IMG/VR virus record: IMGVR_UViG_3300010340_000980
Strand: one strand, 5' to 3'
DNA: 64,000 bases
Source of the DNA: an uncultured virus (IMG/VR IMGVR_UViG_3300010340_000980)
Taxonomy: Duplodnaviria; Heunggongvirae; Uroviricota; Caudoviricetes
Position numbers and translations under genes: made by a program. Positions within the stretch are counted from its first letter, which is position 1; each line of letters starts with the position of its first letter. Below, in pieces: positions 26,474 through 38,115 of the stretch. Under the pieces are notes generated by a model that worked only from the letters and a program-made list of their open reading frames with translations, was not told the DNA's origin and searched no databases.

Positions 26474-29400
26474 TTTTTTTTCTTCGTTTCTGGTAATAAA
26501 TTAAAAATTCCTTTACTACTACCAGTCGTCTCTACACTACCAATACCACCAGAAAAACTGATAACAGGATTAATAGCTGTCTCAAATAAAGTCTCAGTAA
26601 TATTGATACTATCAATTAATGAAAATTCAGAATCGGAGTAATTTATTTGTGGAGCTACTGATGATAATGGTGCTTGAATTGATTGATTGATTCTATCCTC
26701 TCCGGCATAGTAGAAGAATGGAATAGCATCTACTTCATACATTTTAATGTAATCAAACTCAGTAGTATAAGGTTTTAATACAAAAACTACACCACCATCA
26801 GTTCCTAATGGAGTATTGTCATAATATGGTATACTAATACGAGCTAAGTAACCCCACACAGGATCAATTGTAATATCTTCTATTATAAAGAATCTATTAA
26901 TTTGTCCATTTAGATTAACATTTCTTTTAGAAACATATACTACGTCACCACCAGTTAAACCTGGATTTGATCCTGTAAAACCTAAATTATAACCACCACC
27001 ACTTGCTATAATATCATAAAAGTAAAGAGTTTGTGCCATAACCATTTGTAAAGATGGTTTATTATAGAAATATTCTTTCTTAATTATCTCAGATGTTTGA
27101 TTATGACCAACGATATCAGGAACTGCTGAAATATATGATACCAAATCATCACCTGTAAATAATTTAGCTTGAGGCTCATTTAATAAATATGGATATTTAA
27201 ATCCATTATTTTGAGATTGATGATTCATTTCAAATTCAATAATAGAATATCTAAATTTAGGTATATTTTTTGTGTTATCATTTTCAAGTAAAAATGGTCT
27301 ACTACTTTGAGTAACTGAAAATATTTTTAACTTATCAATATTATCAACAGATGTATTGGCAGTTAAAAATGGAGCCATTGTAACTCCACTAAAACTAGGA
27401 GTTAAAATACTTGTTCTCCACTTATTATTTTTTGTAAATCTATATAATCCTGGTATAGAGTATGTAACTCCCATTTCATATGATTCTGTTAACCCATCAA
27501 CATCCGACTCGAATAAACCGGTTACAAAACTTTGAGTTGAATTTATAGGATAATTAAAAAATGGATTTTCTATATAATCATCATATATTTGATATTTCCA
27601 CCCTAATGAATAATCTTTTATATCATCATTAAAAGTATTCTTAAAACTTGATATACTTGATAATATATCTTTAGTTGGATATCCATTATAATTAAGAATA
27701 GCTTTATTTGTTTCTAAATTAGCATCCCAAGAAATAGAATCTCTATAGATATTAGTCATTGATGATGTAAAATAATTTACATCAATCCAAGAATTATATT
27801 TTAAATAATTTTTAAATGTTGTAGAATCACTAAATCCGATATTTTCATCTTTGAATATAAAATTTTGAACTAATCCTGATGGATAGATAACAATCTGTCT
27901 ATCTTCATTTGAATTGTCAATATCATCCTGAATAGACATAGTTAATCCTTTAAATCTACCACCTTCAAACCTACCATCAATCCATTGAGAATCTATCATT
28001 TTTGTAATATATGGCCTTCCTTTAAATAATCCATTATTCCAAATTCCTTTAAATAATCCATTTAAAAATGCACCATTAAGCCAAATATTTTTTGAAAGAG
28101 AAATTAGATGGTTTTCAGAATCTTTTGAAATCCTTCTAATTGGGAAATTTAAAGTAACTTGTAATTTAATTATATCATCAGATACCTCAATAACTGTAAA
28201 ATAATCTCTTATAAGCTTTCTAGTATTATTAGAATCTAAACTAACAATATTACCAACAGCAACTTTATCACCAACTTTAAAATAATTTGGTATATTAAAA
28301 TCTTGTTGATTTAAAAATAAACCGTCATAATGAATATAACCTTTAGTTTTTCTTAAAGAAATAATCCAATTTTTAGTAGATGTTTTAATTTTTGTTAGAT
28401 TATTATCTATACTAGATGCTATATTTCCAATTTTTGTAGATTTTATATCAATAGATCCAGGAAAAGATAACGGTTTAGTGGTTCCTGGAAATATATCAAA
28501 ATCATCAAATAAATAAACATATTTATCATATCTCAATCCTTCATTCCAAACCCCATTTTCCCAAATACTTGAGAAAGCACTAGATGTTCCACTTGTGAAA
28601 ATACCATTACCAAATCGTGTAGATATTATATTACCATTGGATAAACCACCAATTAAGTCAATACTTGGTAGTAATAAATTATCATTATACGATGGGGTTG
28701 AATTTAACATTGAGTAAGTTGCGCAATTATATTCAGAATACTGAGATGTTTTTTTAACAACTTTAGCACTAGTTATTATTACTCTACCACCAGATGTGCC
28801 CGATATTTTTTTAATTTTCAATCTATCTAAATCTGAATAAGTTGCACCAATTGAAGTTGGTTCAAATGTTGAAGTCCAAGTTAACTCATCACTCTGACCA
28901 TACCAGGTCCCACTTGGTGGACATCCTATTTGATAAACTCTTAAATTCTGTGAAATTGATTCAACAAATCCACCATTATCATATCCAGGAAAATATCCTA
29001 CTTCTACTTGAAATCCTACTATTGCTATATTATTTAATGGTTCTGAAAAAGTTGGTCCATATTGTAGAACATATTTTATCTCAATATCATATTGACCAAA
29101 ATCTCTAAATATATTTCTATTTTGAGATGTATTTAAAGCGTATAAATAATTACCACCATTATATTCTATATAATAATTAGTATTATTCATAACTTGAGTT
29201 CCTTTATTCCAAACATATGGACCACCTGCAAATCCAACTGATGTAGTACAGTTTGTTAAATTTAAATATTTAGTATAAGATGTGGAATATTTCCATCTTT
29301 GTTGTGAACTTACAACAGACTGTGTAAAAGAAAGAGATGTTATATTTGGTTGGTCTTGTATAACTAACCAAGATGGATCAACACTAACAGTGAATGCATC

Positions 29401-32400
29401 ATTTATGAAAACATCACGATAACTATTATCATTAACAGATTGTCTATATAAAGAAATATTTGTTAATATATCAGAAACATATCCCTCATTAACTTCTATT
29501 CTTGGCGTACAAGACTCTTCTTGTATGATAATGCTATCAATATAAAAATCAGAGGTTCCATATGGATTAACATGTAAATAAAATTTACCATCATCTCTCG
29601 ATGTCAATATTTCAGTGATAGTTCCACCTAAAGTAGCTTGATAACCATCAACCCCAGATATTAATAAGTCAGGTACAGAACTTCCTACATGTCCTTCTAG
29701 ATCTGATAAATAATGAAAAATACTTATAGAATCTTCTCCTGATGCTACTTCTATAGCACTTGGATATAATGACCCATTATATGTTCCTGTAGTCTCACCA
29801 TATGATGCATTTATTTCACCTGGTCTACCTATACTAAATTGAATTCCAATTTTAGATAAATCAGATACATTAGCTATAGATACTGTTCCTATAGTAATAG
29901 TAATTTTATATTTATTTCCTAATGTGAATTGATTAGGAGATGTTGTTTTAATAAATGGTAGTCCAACACTATTAACAAGACTTAATGAATTATCAATGTC
30001 TAATTCAGTATCTTGATATGTTGAATAGAATCCAGAAACCTCCTCAACAAATGAAAAACTTGCACCATTTGTTATTGAAGTATCAACAAAAACTCTTGAT
30101 GATCCATTTAATGGTGAATTAGATAAATCTAGATTATCCCAAACTGAGTTCATTGCTAGATTAGCAATAGAACCATATGTATATAAACATCCATTAGGGT
30201 TAACACTATCATAACTAAAAGGAGATCCGTTCCAATTACCATTTCGCCATACACCACCTTCCCAATAAATATTATATGAATTCATATAATTAGCAACTCC
30301 GTTTTTCCATATCATCCCAACCGCAGTTCCAGATATCCATTTACCATTATTCCATTTAGAAATATAAAATTCTGAATCTTCAAATATTCCATTATCCCAA
30401 TAACAATTATCACTTATATTAAATCCACTTGTTCCCTTAACAACCTCAATATTTGAAATTGAGCAAGTTGCGATATTCCAACTTGGGACTGATGATAAAT
30501 TAGGAATTGTTTTAGGAATAAATTCTAAGCAAAAATCAGGGCCTACTGCATTAAATGTGTATGAAAAACTAGTTTTAGATGAAATATCAGATGATGTTAA
30601 GATAGTATTTCCAGTTAAAATAAACCCAGATAATTTATAAGTTGTATTAATAGTATTTGGTATAATTTGTAATACTAAGTCAGAATAAGCAGCTTCAAAT
30701 GTAAGAAAATATTCATTTGATGTACCACTAGGTACAGAATATGTGAAATTAGTATTAATAATAAAGTCATTTTGTAAAACACCACTTTCAATTATAACTT
30801 GGCTTGAGTCACAACTACCAACATATGGTGATGTAAATGATATTTCATCAAATGTGTAGAACTTAACAGTATAGATTTTACCAATATCTAAAATATCTGG
30901 ATATATTATATAACCAATACTATCACTTGTAGATGCATCATATTCAATATATCCTGGTGATCCAGTGGCGACCATCAATGTTGGTAATGTGGATGATGAT
31001 GTACTTGATAATATCCAATTTGAAAAAGATCCTGAAATTCCCTCAGTTAAATTTCTATTTCTAAGTGATGATGTCCAATTACCAAATCGAATTTCATTGT
31101 TATAATTTTCATCAACTATTAATCTCAATGTATATGTTTCTCCAATAATTAAACCTGATGTTTGATTGATATTAAGAATACTTGATGTTCCTAAAAATTT
31201 TAATAATTTACTAGAATCATTTGAATATAATTGATTAGATAAAACTTCAACCTGAGCTCCAATTATATCACCACTATCATAATCAAAATCAGTATAAGAA
31301 TTGTTCCAATATCCAATAGATCCTAAATTATTTTGATCAATTAATTGGAAATTACCATTTACTAAATAATTTACATAAGGATTAAATGATGATTTATAAA
31401 ATTTACCATTTAAAAAAGAACCACCAGTCCAAACAGAATTTTCCATAATTGCATTATTATGTGAAAATGTACCACCTCTCCATAATGAATTTTTAAATTC
31501 TACTGTAAGTGATTTCTTTTTCTTTGTAAATTGTCTTTCTAATTTTGTAAATGTTTTTTTATTTTTAATAGCAATATCTTTTACTTCACTAACATAACCA
31601 TTGTTCCATAACCCGTAAAAACTATCTGAAAAATTAGAAACATAACTAGGTATATTTGATAAATTTGTAGATTCTGTTCCAGAACCTATAAAATATCCTT
31701 TTGTTAAAATACCAGAATTCCAATATCTTCCTATAAAAATACCACCATTAAATTCACCATCATACCATGTTGAATTAGTACCTAAAGATGCGTTTCCAAA
31801 TTCACCACCGTTAAATTTACCATCTTGCCATGCAAAACTACTAGACCCAGCAGATGAATATGATGCTGCTGTAACATAAGGGTATCCATAATATGAAGTA
31901 AATTTACCATTATTAAATTCACCATTTTTCCAAATAGCTATATCATCAAAAGATCCATTATTAAAAGTTCCGTCATACCAAATTGCATTAAAAGGATAAC
32001 TAGGAGCAATTGATTCATACATTGATTCATCAATTTTAACTCCAAATAGACCGTTATTAAATATACCATTATACCAATCAATTTGGAAACTTCCAGAAGT
32101 GGCACCAGTTGGATTTTCAGTTTTAAATTCGGCTGAAATAACATTAATATTACTAAATGATCCTGATAATATACGTGTTAATGGATATTTTAAATTTCTT
32201 TTACCAAAATTTCCAGAAATTGCTTTTCCTGTTAAGAAAGTTGAATTATAGAAATCACCATTTGAAAATAAACCATTTTCAAAATTACTTAATTCAAATG
32301 ATCCATTTTCAAATGTTCCATTTTGCCAAGAATATCTTGTAATTCCTTGATTAATTAAATTCTTTTGCTTATAATAAGATTGTTTCAAATCACTATAAAT

Positions 32401-35400
32401 ATCAGATGTTAATGGTAAATTTGACTTATTTTTGTAAAATAACCCATTTTCAAAAATACCATTAATCCAAGTTGATTCTTTAACTATACCATTTTTAAAT
32501 TTATTAGTTATAGTAGAATTTATATTAGATCCAGTTGCTGAATTAGACCAAGTAAAACTATCAACATTCCAAATTGAATTATAGAATATACCATTTTCCC
32601 ACTTATCAGTTCCTGATATAAAAGATGAGTTAATAATTAATCCTGATTTTATAGTATTATTATTATCAGTGAATAAAATATCAGACAATAATAAGCTTCT
32701 CCAATTATTATAATTAATTGGATCTTTATCTAAATTATTAAATAATTGATTATCAATTATACAATCTTTGAAATAACTTCTTCTAAAAATACCAGATTGT
32801 ATTTTAGAATTTTCAAATTTAACAGGGTGTAAATAATTATAAGCATTTAATGCAAATTTTGTTGTTAATGAACTGACTGATACAGCATTTGTTACGTTAA
32901 ATAAAACAGATGATGTCACATATATAGCATCACTTATTTTTAAAACTCGACCATTACCACCTGGTGAATTACTATTAACTTTATATGTTTCTGGTAATTT
33001 AACTAGGTTATCACCACCTGTTAAAGTGGTATCATAATATAATCCATTTATAAACAAAATATCCGACTCTTTAAATAACTCTCTTCTATAATTTGAATAA
33101 ACAGATAATTCAATAGTACCTAAAGAACTATCTATATTTACAGCATCATAATATGATGATGATAATCCTGTATTCAGCGAATTATCTTTATTATAATTTA
33201 TATAGTTACCACTTATCCAAGTAGAATCTTTAAATAAACCACTCTTAAAATCGGAATCAACTAAATATGCATTAGATATATCTAATGTTTTAATAGTTTC
33301 AGAAAATACATTTCTATTAGATTGTGTAGAATAAATTGCAACTTCTGTAAAATCAACACCATCAGTTAATATTAAACTATCATATGTGTAAGATCCTTCT
33401 ACTGAAAAAATATTTCCACTATATGTCCATGTTCCAATCGATAAATTTGTTAGCTCATCATAAAGAATAGAATTCGAAAAAGTTGATGAAATAGTAGGAG
33501 AACCACCAGAATAGAAAATTTGTAAAACTGATAAGGTGGCATTCCAAGAAGTAGTTGATAAAAATTGAGATATGTCAAATATGTAGGGACCATATGATTC
33601 CTCAACTATTTGACTATTAAAATCTTCTATATTATTACTAGGACTAGCACAAATTATAATATCTATTGATGGATATCCATAATTAATATTAATACTTACT
33701 GATCCGTAAAGACCTGTTGGTATTTTATAATTATCTTCTTTAGTAGATAACTGTGTTATTACTCTTTTCTCACCTTTAGTGTTATCATCAAATGTTGAAT
33801 AATAAGAATCAATTGTAAATTTATCATCAAAGAAATTTAATACTGGTAAATTATTTTTAGTAATATTCAAACCATCAAAATAAAAACTTTGATTTTCTTT
33901 GAGTCTTTTAAATCCATCATCATTAATATAAAATTTATACATCTTATATTGAACATAATCTACACCATTATACCAATTAAATATTTTCTCATCATAATTT
34001 TGTATTTTGATTATTTTATCTGATGTGAATTTAGAATCTAAGAAAAGAGATTTCTCAAATTCAGAATTAACTGATTTCGATTTAAAAATTTTCGAATTTG
34101 AAATAATTGAACTAAATAATGATGAGTTAAGTATATTACTATAAATTATATCAGAATTTATATAATTACCAGATTTTGTAGTAACTGAATATGTTGGTGT
34201 TTGTGATATTAAATAATCTCCTAAAACCAACTCACTTGAGAAAGATCCAATTATAGAGTCATTGAATGTACCATTCTCAATTATAGAATTTTTTATATAA
34301 GAATCATAAACATAATTATATCCAATTCCTGAATTATTTTTCGCATTAATTTTAATATTTGGTAATCCAAATTCATCAAATGATGTGAAATATGATTCAT
34401 CACTACCAATTCCTTTCCCAATATTACCTATAATCCATTTAGTATTTAAAATACTACCCAATGAAAATTTAACATCTGATCCACTATAATTAATAGTTTC
34501 TTGATGAGTTCCTAATAAACCTTGATTAAATTCTCCTTTTTTGAAAGTACCATTTCTGAAGTTTTGTTCAGTTATTATTGGATTTAAATATTTTCTATCA
34601 ACCTTCCAAGTTGATTCATAATTATATGTATATCCTCTTTTAAATTTAATTCCAGATTTTTCAAAATCACTATTCATGATTTTCAAATCTCCATTATTTG
34701 TAAGACCTAATGATAAATAGTTACTATGACTACCTGATATAACATCAATTGTGATGTCTCTTAAATACCCAGATATTGTTCCACTAAGAACTAGAAATGA
34801 ATTTGAATAGGTTAAATAACTAATACCAGATGATGTAAATCCTAATATACCATATTCATTACCAGTAACTGAAAATGTACCATTAATATATAAAAAGTTA
34901 TTATTAGAAAATGTCCCATAATTAGAAAATCTATTAGCAACATAATCGTAATCTCTAGTAGAAGTTGTTTGAATAAAATAATCAAATTCTTCCTGACTTG
35001 ATGCAACATAAACTTTAACAAAATTATCAAGTGGTTCTTCAATATATGGAAGATTTCCATTATATTCAATATCTAAAACAACTTTAGTTCTATCAACATA
35101 TTGAACTATATAACCATCTGAAAGTTTATTAAACTTATTTTTCTGTATAACTAAGTCGGAATCATATTGACCACCCGTTATAAAAACTCTATCTCCTAAT
35201 TTTAAATTATGATCTACCTCAGTATAAAATAAAGTATATCTCTGGCCTTTAACTAAATATGGTTCAACATAATTTAATAATCTGATAGAAAAGCTTTTAT
35301 TGATTTTTTTATATAAAATCTCTTTAGTATTTAAAGAGACTATACTTTTAGTAGAATTTACACTAATTGTGGAATCTACAACTTTCTTATCAGCATCTGA

Positions 35401-35448
35401 TAGTTTTTTAGTTATGGTCTGAAGTGGAAATTTACCGGGTATTTTCAT
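26470..35448 (-). CDS. very large probable virion protein with (W/F)xxGx repeat blocks
   Basis: 2992 aa; many WxxGxFxxG pentapeptide blocks; S/T/N/G-rich; AATATATAC promoter. Confidence 0.7.
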   Translation of the reverse strand: MKIPGKFPLQTITKKLSDADKKVVDSTISVNSTKSIVSLNTKEILYKKINKSFSIRLLNYVEPYLVKGQRYTLFYTEVDHNLKLGDRVFITGGQYDSDLVIQKNKFNKLSDGYIVQYVDRTKVVLDIEYNGNLPYIEEPLDNFVKVYVASSQEEFDYFIQTTSTRDYDYVANRFSNYGTFSNNNFLYINGTFSVTGNEYGILGFTSSGISYLTYSNSFLVLSGTISGYLRDITIDVISGSHSNYLSLGLTNNGDLKIMNSDFEKSGIKFKRGYTYNYESTWKVDRKYLNPIITEQNFRNGTFKKGEFNQGLLGTHQETINYSGSDVKFSLGSILNTKWIIGNIGKGIGSDESYFTSFDEFGLPNIKINAKNNSGIGYNYVYDSYIKNSIIENGTFNDSIIGSFSSELVLGDYLISQTPTYSVTTKSGNYINSDIIYSNILNSSLFSSIISNSKIFKSKSVNSEFEKSLFLDSKFTSDKIIKIQNYDEKIFNWYNGVDYVQYKMYKFYINDDGFKRLKENQSFYFDGLNITKNNLPVLNFFDDKFTIDSYYSTFDDNTKGEKRVITQLSTKEDNYKIPTGLYGSVSININYGYPSIDIIICASPSNNIEDFNSQIVEESYGPYIFDISQFLSTTSWNATLSVLQIFYSGGSPTISSTFSNSILYDELTNLSIGTWTYSGNIFSVEGSYTYDSLILTDGVDFTEVAIYSTQSNRNVFSETIKTLDISNAYLVDSDFKSGLFKDSTWISGNYINYNKDNSLNTGLSSSYYDAVNIDSSLGTIELSVYSNYRRELFKESDILFINGLYYDTTLTGGDNLVKLPETYKVNSNSPGGNGRVLKISDAIYVTSSVLFNVTNAVSVSSLTTKFALNAYNYLHPVKFENSKIQSGIFRRSYFKDCIIDNQLFNNLDKDPINYNNWRSLLLSDILFTDNNNTIKSGLIINSSFISGTDKWENGIFYNSIWNVDSFTWSNSATGSNINSTITNKFKNGIVKESTWINGIFENGLFYKNKSNLPLTSDIYSDLKQSYYKQKNLINQGITRYSWQNGTFENGSFELSNFENGLFSNGDFYNSTFLTGKAISGNFGKRNLKYPLTRILSGSFSNINVISAEFKTENPTGATSGSFQIDWYNGIFNNGLFGVKIDESMYESIAPSYPFNAIWYDGTFNNGSFDDIAIWKNGEFNNGKFTSYYGYPYVTAASYSSAGSSSFAWQDGKFNGGEFGNASLGTNSTWYDGEFNGGIFIGRYWNSGILTKGYFIGSGTESTNLSNIPSYVSNFSDSFYGLWNNGYVSEVKDIAIKNKKTFTKLERQFTKKKKSLTVEFKNSLWRGGTFSHNNAIMENSVWTGGSFLNGKFYKSSFNPYVNYLVNGNFQLIDQNNLGSIGYWNNSYTDFDYDSGDIIGAQVEVLSNQLYSNDSSKLLKFLGTSSILNINQTSGLIIGETYTLRLIVDENYNNEIRFGNWTSSLRNRNLTEGISGSFSNWILSSTSSSTLPTLMVATGSPGYIEYDASTSDSIGYIIYPDILDIGKIYTVKFYTFDEISFTSPYVGSCDSSQVIIESGVLQNDFIINTNFTYSVPSGTSNEYFLTFEAAYSDLVLQIIPNTINTTYKLSGFILTGNTILTSSDISSKTSFSYTFNAVGPDFCLEFIPKTIPNLSSVPSWNIATCSISNIEVVKGTSGFNISDNCYWDNGIFEDSEFYISKWNNGKWISGTAVGMIWKNGVANYMNSYNIYWEGGVWRNGNWNGSPFSYDSVNPNGCLYTYGSIANLAMNSVWDNLDLSNSPLNGSSRVFVDTSITNGASFSFVEEVSGFYSTYQDTELDIDNSLSLVNSVGLPFIKTTSPNQFTLGNKYKITITIGTVSIANVSDLSKIGIQFSIGRPGEINASYGETTGTYNGSLYPSAIEVASGEDSISIFHYLSDLEGHVGSSVPDLLISGVDGYQATLGGTITEILTSRDDGKFYLHVNPYGTSDFYIDSIIIQEESCTPRIEVNEGYVSDILTNISLYRQSVNDNSYRDVFINDAFTVSVDPSWLVIQDQPNITSLSFTQSVVSSQQRWKYSTSYTKYLNLTNCTTSVGFAGGPYVWNKGTQVMNNTNYYIEYNGGNYLYALNTSQNRNIFRDFGQYDIEIKYVLQYGPTFSEPLNNIAIVGFQVEVGYFPGYDNGGFVESISQNLRVYQIGCPPSGTWYGQSDELTWTSTFEPTSIGATYSDLDRLKIKKISGTSGGRVIITSAKVVKKTSQYSEYNCATYSMLNSTPSYNDNLLLPSIDLIGGLSNGNIISTRFGNGIFTSGTSSAFSSIWENGVWNEGLRYDKYVYLFDDFDIFPGTTKPLSFPGSIDIKSTKIGNIASSIDNNLTKIKTSTKNWIISLRKTKGYIHYDGLFLNQQDFNIPNYFKVGDKVAVGNIVSLDSNNTRKLIRDYFTVIEVSDDIIKLQVTLNFPIRRISKDSENHLISLSKNIWLNGAFLNGLFKGIWNNGLFKGRPYITKMIDSQWIDGRFEGGRFKGLTMSIQDDIDNSNEDRQIVIYPSGLVQNFIFKDENIGFSDSTTFKNYLKYNSWIDVNYFTSSMTNIYRDSISWDANLETNKAILNYNGYPTKDILSSISSFKNTFNDDIKDYSLGWKYQIYDDYIENPFFNYPINSTQSFVTGLFESDVDGLTESYEMGVTYSIPGLYRFTKNNKWRTSILTPSFSGVTMAPFLTANTSVDNIDKLKIFSVTQSSRPFLLENDNTKNIPKFRYSIIEFEMNHQSQNNGFKYPYLLNEPQAKLFTGDDLVSYISAVPDIVGHNQTSEIIKKEYFYNKPSLQMVMAQTLYFYDIIASGGGYNLGFTGSNPGLTGGDVVYVSKRNVNLNGQINRFFIIEDITIDPVWGYLARISIPYYDNTPLGTDGGVVFVLKPYTTEFDYIKMYEVDAIPFFYYAGEDRINQSIQAPLSSVAPQINYSDSEFSLIDSINITETLFETAINPVISFSGGIGSVETTGSSKGIFNLLPETKKKN

Positions 35449-35561
35449 TTATACTTTAACTATATAGTTTCTGTATATATTATTAACACATTTTTATCCT
35501 ACTAATTTGTTTATATGATTTTTTATATTTATATTTGTCTATTACAATAAAAAAGTCATAA

Positions 35562-36650
35562 ATGAGTAATTTCAAAGTTTCAAAAGAAAAAATATCTTTA
35601 TTTACACACCCTAACGCGGATGCACTTATGTTAGGTCGAATTGGTTCATACCAAGTTGTTGTTCAGAAAGGTCTATATAATGATGGTGATGAAGTAGTAT
35701 TCGCACCCGAAAAGTCTGTGCTTACTGGTCAGTTGAAATCCGAGTTCGAAAAATATCTTGCCGGACCCAATAAAGACCGTGTAAAAGCTGTTCGACTTCG
35801 TGGTGAGATTTCAAGTGGAATTATTGTACCACCATTTCTTGTTCCTAATATGTTTGAACTTGAAGTTGGTACTGATGTATCTGAATTACTTGGAATTACT
35901 AAATATGAGCCACCAATTCCAACACAATTGGCTGGTAAAGTAAAAACATTTGATATGCCATTCGTTGGTAGTCATGATTGTGAGCACGCTAATGTCTATG
36001 TTAATGATCTTATAGACGGTGAGCGTGTTGTAATTACCGAGAAAGTTCATGGTAGTCAATTCATCTTGGCACATAATATTGATGATAATGAAACAATTGT
36101 TTCTTCCAAAGGACTGTTAAAGAACGGTTTGACTATTGAGGAAAGTGATGAAAATTCTTACTGGTTAGCAGCTAAGAATGACGATATTATCAATAAAATT
36201 CGTTCTAACTGGACATCTGGAGTTGTTCAAATCTTTGGTGAAGTTATTCCAGTTCAAGGTGGTTACTCATACGGCCAAACTAAACCAACTGCAAGTTTGT
36301 TCGATATTCGAGTAAATGGTGAATCTATTCCATATGATGTGGTTCCTGATATTTTCAAAACACATTGGGTTCCTGTTATTTACGATGGTGTTTTGAATTT
36401 GGATAAAAAAGAAGTTGTAATCTACTCTGATCCAGAGCGTGGTATTCATAAAACACGCATTGACTACATTCTTCCAAAAAGTATCGTTGATCTTTGTAAA
36501 GGTAACGAACTTGTATCTGGTCGAGAAGTTCATATCCGAGAAGGTGTTGTTCTTCGACCATACATCGATAGAACAGCTGTTGATGGTACAAAACTTCGTT
36601 TGAAAATCATCAATCCTGCTTACAAAGAAACGGGTGAAGAAATCAATTAA
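35562..36650 (+). CDS. RNA ligase (DRB0094/Rnl2-like) with N-terminal OB-type domain
   Basis: HPNAD.L, VRLRG..S.G, TEKVHGS (motif I), FGE, FDI, REGVV, LKIINP. Confidence 0.88.
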   Translation: MSNFKVSKEKISLFTHPNADALMLGRIGSYQVVVQKGLYNDGDEVVFAPEKSVLTGQLKSEFEKYLAGPNKDRVKAVRLRGEISSGIIVPPFLVPNMFELEVGTDVSELLGITKYEPPIPTQLAGKVKTFDMPFVGSHDCEHANVYVNDLIDGERVVITEKVHGSQFILAHNIDDNETIVSSKGLLKNGLTIEESDENSYWLAAKNDDIINKIRSNWTSGVVQIFGEVIPVQGGYSYGQTKPTASLFDIRVNGESIPYDVVPDIFKTHWVPVIYDGVLNLDKKEVVIYSDPERGIHKTRIDYILPKSIVDLCKGNELVSGREVHIREGVVLRPYIDRTAVDGTKLRLKIINPAYKETGEEIN

Positions 36651-36657
36651 ACAATTT

Positions 36658-36690
36658 AAGGTCTCTTTTATATAAAGAGACCTCTTTTTA
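36658..36690 (+). terminator. intrinsic terminator
   Basis: aggtctcttt-tatat-aaagagacct followed by a T-rich tract. Confidence 0.7.
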
Positions 36691-36764
36691 TTTTTATGTT
36701 AATTTATAAATCCCACCATTCTTGACCTTTTAATTTTAATATATATCCTAAAATTAATTTTAAA

Positions 36765-37439
36765 ATGGAACAAAATGAAAAAAAAGAGAAAAGGAGAAAA
36801 TACTATCTTGATAATAAAGAAAAATATAAAAAGTGGAGAAAAAAATGGCATGATAATCCAGAAAATGAATCATATAAAAAGGAAAAATTGAAGGAGTGGA
36901 GAGAAAATAATGTAGAGTATTTAAAAGAATATTCAAAAAATCGATATGAAGAAAATAAAGATTCAATAACTGAGAATAAAAAATCTTGGAGAAAGAATAA
37001 TAAAGATAAAATAAATGAGTATAGAAGAAATTATCAAAAAGAAAGACTAAAAAATGATCCGTTATTTAAGTTAAAATCTTCTATTAGAAATAGAGTAAAT
37101 TTAAGTTTTAAAAGAGGAGGATTTACTAAGAGATCAAAAACAGGTGATATACTTGGTTGTTCTTTTGAAGAATTTAAACTATATTTAGAGCCTTTGTTTG
37201 TGGAAAACATGAATTGGGAGAATCAAGGTGAGTGGCATTTAGATCATATAATACCTATAAGCCTAGCAAAAACAGAAGAAGAGGTAATTAAGCTTAACCA
37301 CTATACGAATTTTCAACCATTATGGGCTGAAGATAATATAAGAAAGAGTAATAGAATAGATAAAGAAAGAGAACAAAAATTGAATAAAATTATAGATGAA
37401 AAAGAAAATATTAATATTCACAGGAGCTGGTGTAAGTAA
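36765..37439 (+). CDS. HNH-type homing endonuclease
   Basis: Basic helical repeats, ILGCS, MNWEN.GEWHLDHIIP, LNHYTNFQPLW..DN..K. Confidence 0.85.
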   Translation: MEQNEKKEKRRKYYLDNKEKYKKWRKKWHDNPENESYKKEKLKEWRENNVEYLKEYSKNRYEENKDSITENKKSWRKNNKDKINEYRRNYQKERLKNDPLFKLKSSIRNRVNLSFKRGGFTKRSKTGDILGCSFEEFKLYLEPLFVENMNWENQGEWHLDHIIPISLAKTEEEVIKLNHYTNFQPLWAEDNIRKSNRIDKEREQKLNKIIDEKENINIHRSWCK

Positions 37440-38115
37440 AGAAAGTGGAATCGACACATTCCGTGACAATGGTGGATTGTGGATGAATTATGATATTCAG
37501 AAAGTCGCTCATATTAATGCGTGGAAGGAAAATCCACAATTAGTATTAGACTTCTATAACATGCGTAAAAATGATATGTTAGGTGTCAAACCTAACATCG
37601 CACATGAAATAATTGCTGATCTTGAAAATTATTTTGATGTAACAGTAGTTACACAAAATGTTGATGATTTACACGAGAAAGCAGGTTCAACAAAAGTAAT
37701 TCACTTACATGGTGAACTATCAAAGATTAGAAGTGAGAATAGTACTGAATTTGTATATCCATATGATAAAGATATAAAAATTGGAGATTTGGCGGAAGAT
37801 GGTAATCAACTACGACCATATATAACTTGGTTTGGTGAGAATTTAGATTGGAAAAATGTTAAATTAGCAGAAGAATCAGCTTTCGATTCTGATGTTTGTA
37901 TTATAGTTGGTACATCTATGCAAGTAGCTCCTGCAAATAGTATTCCTTTTCAAACTAAAGAAACTGCATTAATATATTATGTTGATCCAAGTGATGTTGG
38001 TTTTTTTATTCCAGGATTTAGAGAATATTTTTTCTATCATATAGCAGAGCCAGCAACAAAAGGAATGGAGAGTGTGAGAAAAGAACTTTTAGATATATTT
38101 TCAAATGCAAATTGA
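37396..38115 (+). CDS. cobB: NAD-dependent deacylase (sirtuin, CobB-like)
   Basis: TGAGVS.ESGI.TFR, TQNVDDLHE.AG, HLHG, RP...WFGE, VGTS. Confidence 0.92.
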   Translation: MKKKILIFTGAGVSKESGIDTFRDNGGLWMNYDIQKVAHINAWKENPQLVLDFYNMRKNDMLGVKPNIAHEIIADLENYFDVTVVTQNVDDLHEKAGSTKVIHLHGELSKIRSENSTEFVYPYDKDIKIGDLAEDGNQLRPYITWFGENLDWKNVKLAEESAFDSDVCIIVGTSMQVAPANSIPFQTKETALIYYVDPSDVGFFIPGFREYFFYHIAEPATKGMESVRKELLDIFSNAN

